DNA from: Felis catus
Taxonomy: Eukaryota
Length of the DNA: 64,000 nucleotides
Assembly: GCF_018350175.1 (NCBI RefSeq)
Contig: NC_058368.1
Span: forward strand, 143,656,001 to 143,720,000
Direction: 5' to 3'
In this document: in pieces, positions 1 to 11,565 of the stretch
How the letters are laid out: each line of letters begins with the position of its first letter
Position numbering within the stretch: the stretch's first letter is position 1
Program-made: the position numbers and the translations under genes
The notes under the pieces: model-generated
Told to the model about the DNA's origin: nothing
The model's database searches: none
Seen by the model: only the letters and a program-made list of their open reading frames with translations

Positions 1-1559
1 CTCTGGATAGAAATCTGATCTCAGAAGAGGTGCCTGGGCTGGAGATGTCAATCTTTGAGACTTCAAAATATAGGCAGTATATAAAGACTGGGGAATGGAA
101 AAGACAAACAAGGGAAAGCATGTAAAGTGGGTGTGTAGTGTAAATGAGTAGAATGTAAAAACAGGGCCAAAGACTGAGCCAGGAGACTTCTCAAAGCCGA
201 GTCGAAAAGAAACCAACAAATGATTTATGTTCAGCATTGGTATACACCTGTGTTACACTAGCAGAAATAGAAACATCTAGCATAATTTGAACATAATGAA
301 TACTGAAACAAAGGATCTCCCTTCCTTTTTTATTTTAAGGGAGCGTGAAGATTTAATTCTCTGTTTAGTCTTGTTCAGTTGATTTTGTGCCTTCTTCTCT
401 TACTCATTGGAGCCTCCTCATGCAAAGACTTAAAGTATGGGGATGAGATAAAGTTGGAGATTTTGGTGGTTTTCGTCACTGGATCTTCAGTTGTGAGGAT
501 AGAAAGTGGGGCATAGTTGAACTTGAACCAGAGGATTAAATGTCTTATAAGCTATGTTAAGAAGCTTAGGCTTGATAACAACAAGGAGCCACTAAAAGGT
601 ATTAAGCAAGAATGATGCATGATCATTTTGCATTTTAGAAAGAACACTCTTGAACAATATGGAGAATGGTTTGGAGCAAACCCAGAAGCTGAGAGACCAA
701 TGGTGTATCTGTGGCTGTGACCCAGGACAGAAAAGGCCAGGGGGGAGCAGAATCACTCAGACTGGAGTGATAACCGTAGTGAGGAACAGAGGGGAGTAGG
801 AGACTGACTAGATAGAGCGGGTGAGAGAGAAAATGACACCCGGGCTTCTGGGTTGTTTTCAGACTGGTCTGTGCCTTTAAAGCATTACATTTTTCCTAAT
901 ACGTACTTGTGCTTCACACAGCATTCTCATTGCTTTCTACAGCGATAACCCTTTAATTTTCAAATATGTTCTCATCCTGCCCCCTGATGAATGCACACAG
1001 TCATTAAGTAGCTCAAATGGAAAATAAAGATGCAGATTTACTTCATTTGGGCTCAGTTTTCTGGGCCCCAGGCCTAGGTAGAGGAAACAAATTCTATTAC
1101 CTAAACCACAGAAGCTGAAATCCTCCAAAGAAAATACCCCCATGACTGACTTGGTCTCCTTATCACCTGGCTTAACTAAGGATAAAGTATTAATATGCTA
1201 GACCTTATTTACAAAGGAAAATAATTTAGCTCATCATTGTGAGAAAGAGCCCATGTTTCAAATAGCAATATTTTCAAAATAAATAAGAAGTCCCTTAACA
1301 AATTCTGTAGACCCCATTTGGATCTCTTTTAATGGGGAAGATTTCTTAATGACCTAGCTCAACACTGCCAGCTGCATGCTGACTTGATTTGCAGCTATAC
1401 ATAAATATACATACATAAATAAGTGGCTGCCTCCTTGATGGGAGCTCAAGGACCCAGGGAAAGGCATTTTTACCTCTAGGTATCTTTCCCAGCCCTGTCA
1501 TGCTGCTTACAGTTATCCGATTTTTCATTTGCTTCTTTTCACCCCAGTTCCTTTCCTCC

Positions 1560-3292
1560 TGGCCTGTCTTGAACTTACCCCTAACAACCACTCCATCCAA
1601 ACTGCTCCTCAAGATCACCAATGACCCCCATTTTGCTAAATTCGATGGTCAGGTCTCAGTCCCCATCTTACAGGACCCATCCGCAACATTCACTGCAGTC
1701 AATGACTCCCTCTTCATTGACACATTTGGCCTCAAGGATGCCACGTTCTTTTGATTTTCCTCTTTGCTGCTTCTTTGCTATTTCTCTCCATTATCCTATA
1801 GTGTTCAGAATGTTCCTGAGTTCTGTTCTTAGTCCTTCTCTCTATAACTTAAATCCTTAATGCTTTCATTCAGTCATATGGTTTTAAATAGCATCTTTAT
1901 CCTCTTTATGGCTCTTTTTTTTCCCCACAAAAAGCAAAAGAAAGAAACAGAATGGTAGTTTTTATTTGCTAGCATTTGTTGCTAGGTTAATTTATTACAA
2001 AGACAACAGTATTCTGTTGAAATTGGTTAGAATTAAACACACGGTGCCAATTCAAGATCATCATATTCATAGGTAGGGGTGGAATATGAACTTTATACCA
2101 AGCCGCACAACCAGCCCTGCTTTCATTCAAGTGAGTTTTAAAATTAGTTGGTCCCTTCCTTGAGGAGGGTCTGGATCGGAAGAATCAGGAACTGGTAGAG
2201 CTTCACTCTGTCTATAGTGACCCACCACTAAAACCATACCTGAAGGACCGTAAACTTCTGAATGCTGGTTCATTAAGGTTCCCATGTAAAACTGAACATC
2301 TCGTGTGGTGCTCCACTTGGTACTCCAAGCATCTCCACTTGGATGTTTAACAGGCATCACAAACTCAACATGTCAAAAATGGAACTCCTAAACTCCCCTC
2401 AAAAGCTGTTCTACCCAGAGCCTTCCCCCACTCCATTGATGGCAACCCAGTCCATCCAGTGCTTATAGCCAAAATCTTAAAGTTGCCCTTGACTTTTCTC
2501 TTTCTCTTACAACCCACATCTAATCAGCCAGTAAATCTTGTTGGTAGTACCCACAGATTACGTCCAGAATCCAATCTCTTCTTACTACTTCCGCTGTTAC
2601 CATCCTAATCCATCTGAGCCACCACCACTTCTTGGCTAGGTTACTCTAACATACTCCCAACTTGTCTTCCTACTTATACACTTGTCCATCCTGAGTATCT
2701 TAGCTGAGGCAATCCTTCTGAAAAATAATGAGTGACATCACTTCTTTACTCAGAACCATGAAATGACTCAGAGTAGAAGCCAAATGCTTACAAATGTCTA
2801 CAAGCTCCCATCCTTCAGCTCATTGACCTCATCTCTTACTTTTTGCCTTGCTCACTCTGCTCCAGAGACCCTGGCCTCTTTGCTGTTTCTCAGACATGCC
2901 AGACAAGCCCTACCTTAGGACTGCTGCTCCACCTGTACCCTAGGCCTAAAATTCTCTTTGTCAGATATGTGAAAGGTCAACCCAACACTTCTTTCAAGTT
3001 TTTATTTAGATGTCCTTTTCACAATGAAGTCTACCCTGACATATTTAATACTGTCATGTGCCCCCAACCCCAGAACTCCCAGCCCCTTGTTCTGCCTTAC
3101 TTTTTCTTTTTCCATAGCAGTTATCATTTTGTAGTATATTATGTAACCTCCTTATTCATTCGGTTCATTATTTATTGTCTCCCCAGCTAGAATGTAACAC
3201 AAGGGCAGTGTTTTGTTTGCTGATATATCATCAGTACCAAGAACAGTGGCTGAAACGTAGGAGGCATGAAGTAAATACTTGATGAATGAATG
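1560..3292 (+). mobile_element. Decayed LINE-2 3' part, interrupted at ~1900-2300
   Basis: L2-like motifs (catctccacttggatg...aaactcaacatgtcaaaa) and terminal gaatgaatgaat. Confidence 0.75.
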
Positions 3293-4142
3293 AATATATC
3301 TTTCACACCTTTCCTTTCCAGCTCACACCTTGAACATATACTTTGCACCAGTGTTCTGATCTTGTCCTCAGGATGGGGAATGAATACACTGAACATTGCC
3401 TGCTTAGGGTTTGTCCTCCCTACCATATTTTGGTTCTCTTCCTCCTCATCTCCATGGGATCCTCACTCTGATCCTTGTAACTGAAAAAGAGAGAGAGAGA
3501 GAGTGAAGTAGTGACTCCATTAAAAAAAAAGTTGGAGGTTCCTAAATTAGGCCAATATCACAATAAATCTGATTTTGTTTATTGACATCTAGAGTAAATA
3601 CAAATGATTGCTAGACCTTTACAGCAAGAGAAGGATAGGGCTAGTAGGAAATCCAAGCAAAGGGTTGTGATGGGAGCTGTATGTAACTAGGGCTTAACAT
3701 AAGGACACTAGAAGAGAGAAGGAGAGGGGAATGGCTGGTAGGAATAGACTACTTCATGGGTAGCCACTATGAGACACACATCTTATTTTTGCTTAAGCTG
3801 GACTCCTGTGCTAACTTGCCAAAGGTTCTGTGGTGCCTCCATCATGCTGATGGCAACTAGGATAGCCTAGGGAAAACTGTGCCAAGAATTCTCAGAAGTA
3901 TCCACTGAGTAAGAAATGCTCGGGTAGGAATGTGAAGGACTTTTCCTTCTAGAGCTTTTCTGGAGATTCTGGGACTTCCACAATGCTCTCCAGTACTTAT
4001 AACACTCTAACAACCATTAGGATCAGCAGAGGAAGGCTGAGCTTTTGTTTAAGTACTGAGCTTTTGTGCATAATTAATCCTCAAAAACTCTTTCTTACAC
4101 AGTACTGAATTGCTTAACCTTGGTCAAAAAGAAATCAACACA

Positions 4143-4860
4143 TCAGTGTTTTCATTTCTTTGGGTAAATACCCAGTAGTGGAATTACTGGATCATACAGT
4201 AATTCTGGTTTTAATTTTTTGAGGAACCTACATAGCATTTTCCAGAGTGGCTGCATCAATTTGCATTTCCAAAGAAAACAAAAACACTAATTTGAAAAGA
4301 TATATACCCCCCTCCACTGTTTATTGCAGCATTATTTACAGTAGCTGAATTATGGCTATTGGAAGCAACCCAAGTGTCCATCCATAAATGGATGGATAAA
4401 TAAGATTTATATATGCATATAACAAAATATTACTCAGCCATTAAAAAAAAAATGAGATCTTGCCATTTACAACATGGATAGACCTAGAGGGTATAATGCT
4501 AAGTGAAATAAGTCAGCCAGAGTAAGACAAATACCATATGATTTCATTCATGTGGAATTTAAGAAACAAAACAAATGAACGAAGAAAAAGAGAGACAAAC
4601 CAAAAAACAGACTCATAAATCCAGAGAACAGCTGGTGATGGCCAGAGGGGAGGTGGGTGGGGGATGGGTGAAATAGATAAAGGGGATTAAGAATACACTT
4701 ACACTTACCATGATGAGCATGAGTAACATGAACACTGAGTCATGTATAGAATAGGGAGGGAAGGGAAGGGAAGGGAAGGGAAGGGAAGGGAAGGGAAGGG
4801 AAGGGAAGGGAAGGGAAGGGAAGGGAAGAAGGAAGAAGGGAGGGAGGAAGGAGGGGAGGG
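4143..4860 (+). mobile_element. 5'-truncated L1 3' fragment with 5' inversion (4143-~4270) and polypurine tail
   Basis: L1 3'UTR motifs; 13-bp TSD agaaatcaacaca at 4130-4142 and 4861-4873. Confidence 0.8.
4753..4860 (+). repeat. (GGGAA)n microsatellite / polypurine tract
   Basis: Direct reading. Confidence 0.95.
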
Positions 4861-6095
4861 AGAAATCAACACAGAGAGTACCAAATCATAGTTTGGGGCA
4901 CATAGTAGGCATTCAGCAACCAGTGGTTCCTGCTTCCTACCTTTCCTGGTCTCTAGTACCACCCCCCAAACTCCTTTGAGATGACTGTTTTCCATGTTTG
5001 TCTCCTTCATGGCATATCTGCATTTCTTCATATTTGGCCCCAAATGTCATATTGGCTTGCATTACTCCAGCCTGAATCACTTGATTTCCTGTCCATGTTC
5101 CTAACCTTTCCAGCTCCTCTTGTATCATTTCTCTGTCATTCCTGCTGTTTACAATACCTCTCGATTTAAAGCCATCTGCAAATCTCATTAACAAACCACT
5201 GATTCCCTCTCCCCCACAGTCACAGGACATGTTGAATAAAACAAGACCTATCACCAATCTTCTTCCTTCCATTTGAGGCACCACCACTCAGGGTCATTCT
5301 AACTCATAAACATTTTGAAATATGATTACATTATTATTACACATTACTCCCAGTCTAGGAAAATCGAATGTGAAAATCAAGATTAATCATATTTTAAATT
5401 CATTTACTATTCACTTTATAAAAAGTTAATTATGAATTCCTTTAGTCACCTTTCCTAGCATACTGAAAATACTCCTTTGCTTCCAAAAAAAAAAAAAAAC
5501 AACAACAACAACTTTACAAGCCTACTTACATGAATATAGGAATTTAGTGTCCTTCAGCCATTTCAGTCTATAAGAAATTGTTTCTTGGTAGAGTTTTAAG
5601 AATAAAATTTAAATTCTTCCATTTTAATAGCAAGCTTCTGAGGAAGCCACCAGTTTTCTCACTGCTGATTCATTGGATCTTGGCTTCAGCTTTTCTCACT
5701 CCTTTTCCTGCTATGCTCAAAATGTTTTCAAATCCTATCTATTCTTCCTTCCTCAAAAACTTTTTGAGCTCTTTCTATGTTCCAAGCACTGTGCTAAGAT
5801 ACAATAAAGAAAAGAATCTCCATCCTCCAGGATCTCTTAATCCAGGAAAGAACATGAAGGGAAATAATAATGTTGAGCACCTGCCATATTCTGGATGTGC
5901 AATGTGTTATCCCATTCAGACCACATGGAAACCCCATCTTACAGCTAAGAAAACAGGGTTTCAGAGAAGTGAAATCATTTGCCTTTTATGCAGAGGATGA
6001 CTAGACAACATAGAGAAGAAATACAAATGGACTATAGACATATAGGAAAATAGTCAACCTTACAAGTTATCAAAGAAATACATATTAAATAAATA

Positions 6096-6442
6096 GGGGC
6101 ACCTGGGTGGCTCAGTCATCTGACTATCTAACTCTTGATCTCAGCTGAGGTCTTGATCTCAGGGTCATGAGTTAGAGCCTGCGTTGGGCTCCACATTGGA
6201 TGTGGAGCCTACTTAGAAATAAAAGAAAGAAAGGGGTGTCTGGATGGCTCAGTTGGTTCAGCGTCCGACTTTGGCTCGGATCATATCACGGTTTGTGAGT
6301 ATGAGCCCCGCATTGGGCTCTGTGCTGGCAGCTCTGAGCCTGGAGCCTGCTTCGGATTCTGGGTCTCCCTCTCTCTGGCCCTCCCCCACTTCCAATCTCT
6401 CTGTCTCTGTCTCTGCCTCTCAAAACTAAATAAACATTAAAA
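6096..6442 (+). mobile_element. Two tandem Can-SINEs (short older type 6096-6232, SINEC_Fc-like 6233-6442)
   Basis: Two tRNA-like heads; shared 20-bp TSD aaatacatattaaataaata. Confidence 0.88.
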
Positions 6443-6705
6443 AAATACATATTAAATAAATAAATGTGCTATCTTTTACCTATCAAGTGGTGAAGTGAGA
6501 GAGAATACTTGAAACTGGTGAGGTTGTAGTAATAAAGGCTCTCCTACATAGGGCTACAGAGAAGATAAAGTAGTACAATCTTCCTGAGAAAACAGTTTAA
6601 GAATATGTAACAAGAACAGTTAAAAAGAGGAATTTATCTTAATGTCCATCACAAGGAATGAAATAAACAATACTACATCCATACAGTGAAATTGTGCATA
6701 GCCTT

Positions 6706-6897
6706 GGGGCACTGGGTGGCTCCGTCGGTTGAGCATCTAACTCTTGGTTTCGGCTCATGTCATGATCTCACGGTTCATGAGTTTGAGCCCCACATTGGGC
6801 TGCATTTTCAGTGCAGAGCTTACTTAGGATTCTCTTTCTCTCTGCCCTTCCCCCGCTGTCTGTCTCTCTCAAAAATAAAATTAAAACTAAAAAAAAA
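6706..6897 (+). mobile_element. Can-SINE
   Basis: Head, CT tract, A tail; TSD gaaattgt(g/t)catagcctt. Confidence 0.9.
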
Positions 6898-8713
6898 GAA
6901 ATTGTTCATAGCCTTTAAAAGTCATGTAGAACATGTAATGGCTTATAATATTTTGTAAATATTAAATGAGAAAGTGTATTAGAGAATAGTGTGTACTGTG
7001 GGATTACTGTATACACAGGATTGTGTATGTGTGTGTAGAGAAAAAGACTAAAAAAACCAGATACCAATATGTTAACAGAGGTTACTCATAAGAGGGTTTT
7101 TTTGGTAGCTTTTAAATTTTAGTAATTAAAAAAAAAAAACCCACACACATAAAACTGTTCCTACATTCAGATCCTGTTACTGCCCCGCATTGTAGTAAAC
7201 AGCAAGGTAAACTAAGAATCAGGTAGCTTGCTCAAAATTACCAGTTGGTATATTGTGTTAAGCTGGGCTTTCTTACTCTAAAATCCACTTTCTCCATTCC
7301 ATCCATCTTCCTCCCCAGAGCCCCAATGACATCATATCTAGAGTTCCTTTCTCTTGGGTTTTTTCCTTCTAATTTCTACATTTACTATATCCCTTCACAC
7401 CTTTCCTAAACCTGTTGACTAAACCTGTTTACCTATTTTAGCAGTAGTGACCCTGTGATTCGGTTGTTATGTGTAACACAAACTAAATCACATTCACTAA
7501 GTGAAAGAGGCAATTTTCCCCCCTCCTGGAGAAAACTGGGACATATGTCAGTATAGGCACAAGCTAAGAGTCTGCAGATAAGTCAGTTTGCTTCATGCAT
7601 TTCTGTTTGGTCTTACCTGCGATATTCGGATAGTGTCATACTTTCTTCTGTACCAAAAGATTTCCTGAATTCTTGAAAGGACCACCTCCCCCAAAGTAGG
7701 ATCTGAGGAACCAATCCTTTATTGTATTTCATATTGTTTTCACTTGCTTACTCAAAAAGTAGGATAAATATAATAGCTTCTGCTCCCTTGGCAAAGAACA
7801 ACTTTTGGAGCCTCAAGTTGGCTGCGTTAGAAATTAGAAATGTCTTTGATGATGCACAGCTGTCTTCATGTCTTCATCACAGATGTCCAACGCATTCCAG
7901 GAGGCTGAGTCATATACCTGAAGAAACGGGCCATGGTTTCTTATTCTTTCTCTTGAAGCTCTTGTCAGTTCAAGAAGGGACTAGTTTATCTTTGCTCTAC
8001 AATAAGGAACTTAATTACAAGATGCTTTTGAGTAAGACAAACCCTCACATTCCTCCACAACCATTTCCTTCTCAGTGTCATACGGGCTCGTCTCAAACAT
8101 ATTTTGCCACCCTGAGTGATCATACTGGAACCCCGTTATCTCAATGTTTCTCCTGTGGAGATTCACTTAGGACAAGCTCCCATTTTGGCGAAGCTTAAAA
8201 GTTTTCCTCCTGACAGCTGCTATTAGTGGCAAAGGAAAAACAGAGCTTGGTTTATGTCGTAGCTACATCCACTGAAGGACATGGTACTAAACAGTCATCC
8301 ACAAGGTTTTGAGCACCCAAAACAATCCCAGACCCAAGTCAAGGCTCTGAGCTGAGCAATTAAGAAATAAAAATTTTGAAGACCTTTGTTGTGTGGTTCT
8401 CAGCTTTATAACTCCAAATAGTTCTCTTTCCTCAAAAGATTTCCATTATTCCACAGTAGCACCTCTTCTTTCCTGCTCTCTTACAGAAAGCAGGTGATCA
8501 TTAGTAGTCACTTCAATTTACCCAGGAACCTTTCACCTAGAACCTACACTTCATAAGCAGTTAGGATTTGTGTTCTTTGGGGATAGAAGTACCAATAATG
8601 ATGTAGCCAGATTCTCATGTGAGAGAAATACTTATATATCTGATATATCTGACAGCTTTACTTGGAGGATTGATGCATTTCACCGTATGTTAATTATACT
8701 CAAATTAATTCTA

Positions 8714-8914
8714 GGAGTGCCTCAGTGGCTTAATCGGTTGAGTGTCTCTGACTCTTGATTTTGGCTCAGGTCATGATCCCAGGGTCTTGGGATTGAGCCT
8801 GTGTTGGGCTCTGTGCTGAGCATGGAGCTTGCTTGGGATTCGCTCTCTCTTAATACCTCTCTCTTTGCCCCTCTCCCCTGCTCAGGTCCCTTTCTAAAAA
8901 AAAAAATAAAAAAA
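8714..8914 (+). mobile_element. Can-SINE
   Basis: TSD aaattaattcta; CT tract; A tail. Confidence 0.9.
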
Positions 8915-9031
8915 AAATTAATTCTACTAACAAAGGCATTCACCCCTTCAGGGAAACTGCCCTTACTTGACCAAAGCTGTAACAGGATTCTATATACCCA
9001 TATATCCTATCCCATTTATAAAAGGTGGGAG

Positions 9032-9243
9032 GGGGTGCCTAGGTGGCTGTCGGTTCAGCGTCCGACTTCAGCTCAGGTCATGATCTCGCAGTTTGTGAGT
9101 TCGAGCCTCACATCAGGCTCTGGCTGACAGCTCAGAGCCTGGAGCCTGCTTCAGATTCTGTGTCTCCTCCTCTCTCTGCCCCTCCCATGCTCATGCTCTT
9201 TCTCTCAATAATAAATAATAAACATTAAAAAAAATTTTCTTAA
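9032..9243 (+). mobile_element. Can-SINE (SINEC_Fc-like)
   Basis: gctgacagctcagagcctggagcctgct motif; A tail. Confidence 0.9.
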
Positions 9244-9690
9244 GGGGGGTGGCAGCCAAAAAAAGTGAATATCTTCCCCCACCACACACTGACCCCAATC
9301 CCCCACTAAAATGCATTTTTCTCTGTGTATGTCATCCATTCAATTACATGCAACATCACTGGGCTGTCTAGGTGGGCAAAAGGGAAAATTTTGAAGAAAC
9401 TTATAGGGCCACAGGGATGAGCTGTAGCCCTGCAAAACTGTTTGAGCCCTCTCAGTCATTTGCATACCAGTGGCTGAGGGAGCAGGCCTCCAAGCTGCCT
9501 GAGCTCAGGGTAAAAAGAGCACAAGTGACCTCAATGTATCATAGAAAGAATGAACATTTAAAATCCTACCTAGCTCAGTTCCAGCACTGAATAACCATTT
9601 TTAAACACTCAATTTCCCAATGGAAATAACTACCTCAAGGAATTGTTAACATTAAATCAGAAATTAATAGACATTCAGGCAATTTGAGAT

Positions 9691-9696
9691 TTTATT
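9691..9696 (-). terminator. Candidate distal polyadenylation signal AATAAA
   Basis: tttatt on + strand; U-rich downstream on minus strand. Confidence 0.5.
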
Positions 9697-10653
9697 GTGA
9701 AAATAGCTATTTTGACATTATATCCAGTTTCTCACTTATCAGAATAAATTCTTTACAACATTGATCATCATTACCACTTCTGGGTATTTATACACAGTCT
9801 CTGAGTAAAATATATTCACACTAGGCATGACTAGAATATTTAAATTATGACCAACATTGCTTATTTTAAGATGTTTACTTTACAATAAAACTATAGTAAT
9901 TTGTACAGCATGACAGATATTTAAAATATTTACCAAAGAGAGGCTTGGTGAGACAAAACCAATATGTATACACACAGATTTCTTATTTATCTTCTTTGCT
10001 GTCAATCTTCTAGAAAGCTACAGTTACATTGCAAACACCTCAAATTTCCATTTCAAAATGATTAGAAAAATGGAAACATGTTATCTCCTATTGTACAAAC
10101 TAAAACATTGAATCAGAAGAGGAATAAAGCTCATCTTTATGCAATTAACATAAAAGCTTGAGTACAGCCTTCCTTCTCCAAGAAAAGAGACACGAGCAGT
10201 GCAAGAGAAGTAGCCAACAGTCTAAACAGAGAGGGGCCGGCACACCCTTCTCGACAGTGCGTGACTCACTGACGACTGACGCAAACCCTGGCAAGCCATT
10301 TTTCTTGATCTCCAACAACCTGAGGCACGTAAACTAAATGATTAAAAGGCATTTCTCTGAATGTGCATGAGGAAAACTGAAGAATCGGAACAGAGATCGA
10401 ACTGCTTTTCACATGGCTAGATGTTCACCGTTACACAACTCAAAACCAAAGTCCAGCTTTGCATCAAATACATAATCACAGTGTGGAGTTCCAAATATGC
10501 AACTGTACAAAACTGCAGAGAAGAAACAAAGAGCATCCTTATGCCCTATTCGAGATCTGGTTTTATACTTTGAAAGGAGATCAAACATACTTAGTCCTCT
10601 GACATTTAGAAGTCTAGTGATGTTTAAATTTTTTAGGCTATAGAAACTGCTGA

Positions 10654-10868
10654 GGGAACGCCTAGGTGGCTAAGTCGGTTAAGTGTCTGACTTCGGCTCA
10701 GGTCACGATCTCACGGTTTGTGAGTTTGAGCCCCACGTTGGGGTCTGTTCTGACAGCTCAGAGCCTGAAGCCTGCTTCGGATTCTTTGTCTCCCTCTCTC
10801 TCTCCTCCTTCCCTGCTTGTGCTCTCTCTCTCAAAAATAAAAACATTAAAAAAAAATTTTTTTTAAAG
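10654..10868 (+). mobile_element. Can-SINE (SINEC_Fc-like), antisense in putative MTX3 3'UTR
   Basis: TSD gaaactgctgag. Confidence 0.9.
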
Positions 10869-11516
10869 GAAACTGCTGAGAATTTTATGAAAACTGAAAA
10901 CCCTCATCCTAGAAAATGCACACAAATATGCAATCCTGGTTTAGAACATGTCTTCAGTACTAGACTAGAACTTGAAAATATTAAATTTCTTTTGCTTGGT
11001 CACTGACACAACTGTAAACTTTCTACAACACTGTGTATATGTGCATGTGTGTATGTGTGTGCGTATGTATTTATAAAATCAGCAGCTTGTATGTGGCTTT
11101 ACCACTACAAATCCCATCACCTTTCTGTCACTTTTAAAGCACAGCCAAACATGGTTTGGAAAATTGTTCTGGAATTCCAAGCTGGTTCCCTCTGTCTTCA
11201 CAGACACCTGGAACCACCAGGTCACACCCTTGTGCAGATGTTCCAAGCCAAATGGGATTCTAGGGAAAAGGGATGACTGACTGACCAGGGGCCTCACAGG
11301 TGCCTAAATAACCAAACTGTTTAAACACATGGCCACCCCTCTCTCAACTTCAGGGTCCAAGGGAGTCCTGACCTGTCTTTGCATTTTATCACCACTCACT
11401 AGAGCAGCACCTAACAACAGGAAACCTTTGCAATGAGCACAAACAAGCAAAAACACTCCGGGGCAGCATTTCCCCAAGTATGCTTTTCATCATATAAATC
11501 CCACAAGACCTACTTT

Positions 11517-11518
<2 letters not shown>

Positions 11519-11564
<46 letters not shown>
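11519..11564 (+). repeat. (CA)n microsatellite
   Basis: Direct reading, about 22 units. Confidence 0.97.

Positions 11565-11565
<1 letters not shown>

Noticed and set aside
5578..6000. 140-aa plus-strand ORF
   Set aside because: Non-ATG start, overlaps L2/MIR-like sequence, no recognisable domain
7722..8198. 158-aa plus-strand ORF
   Set aside because: TTG start, no promoter or homology evident; within chance for a 64-kb six-frame scan
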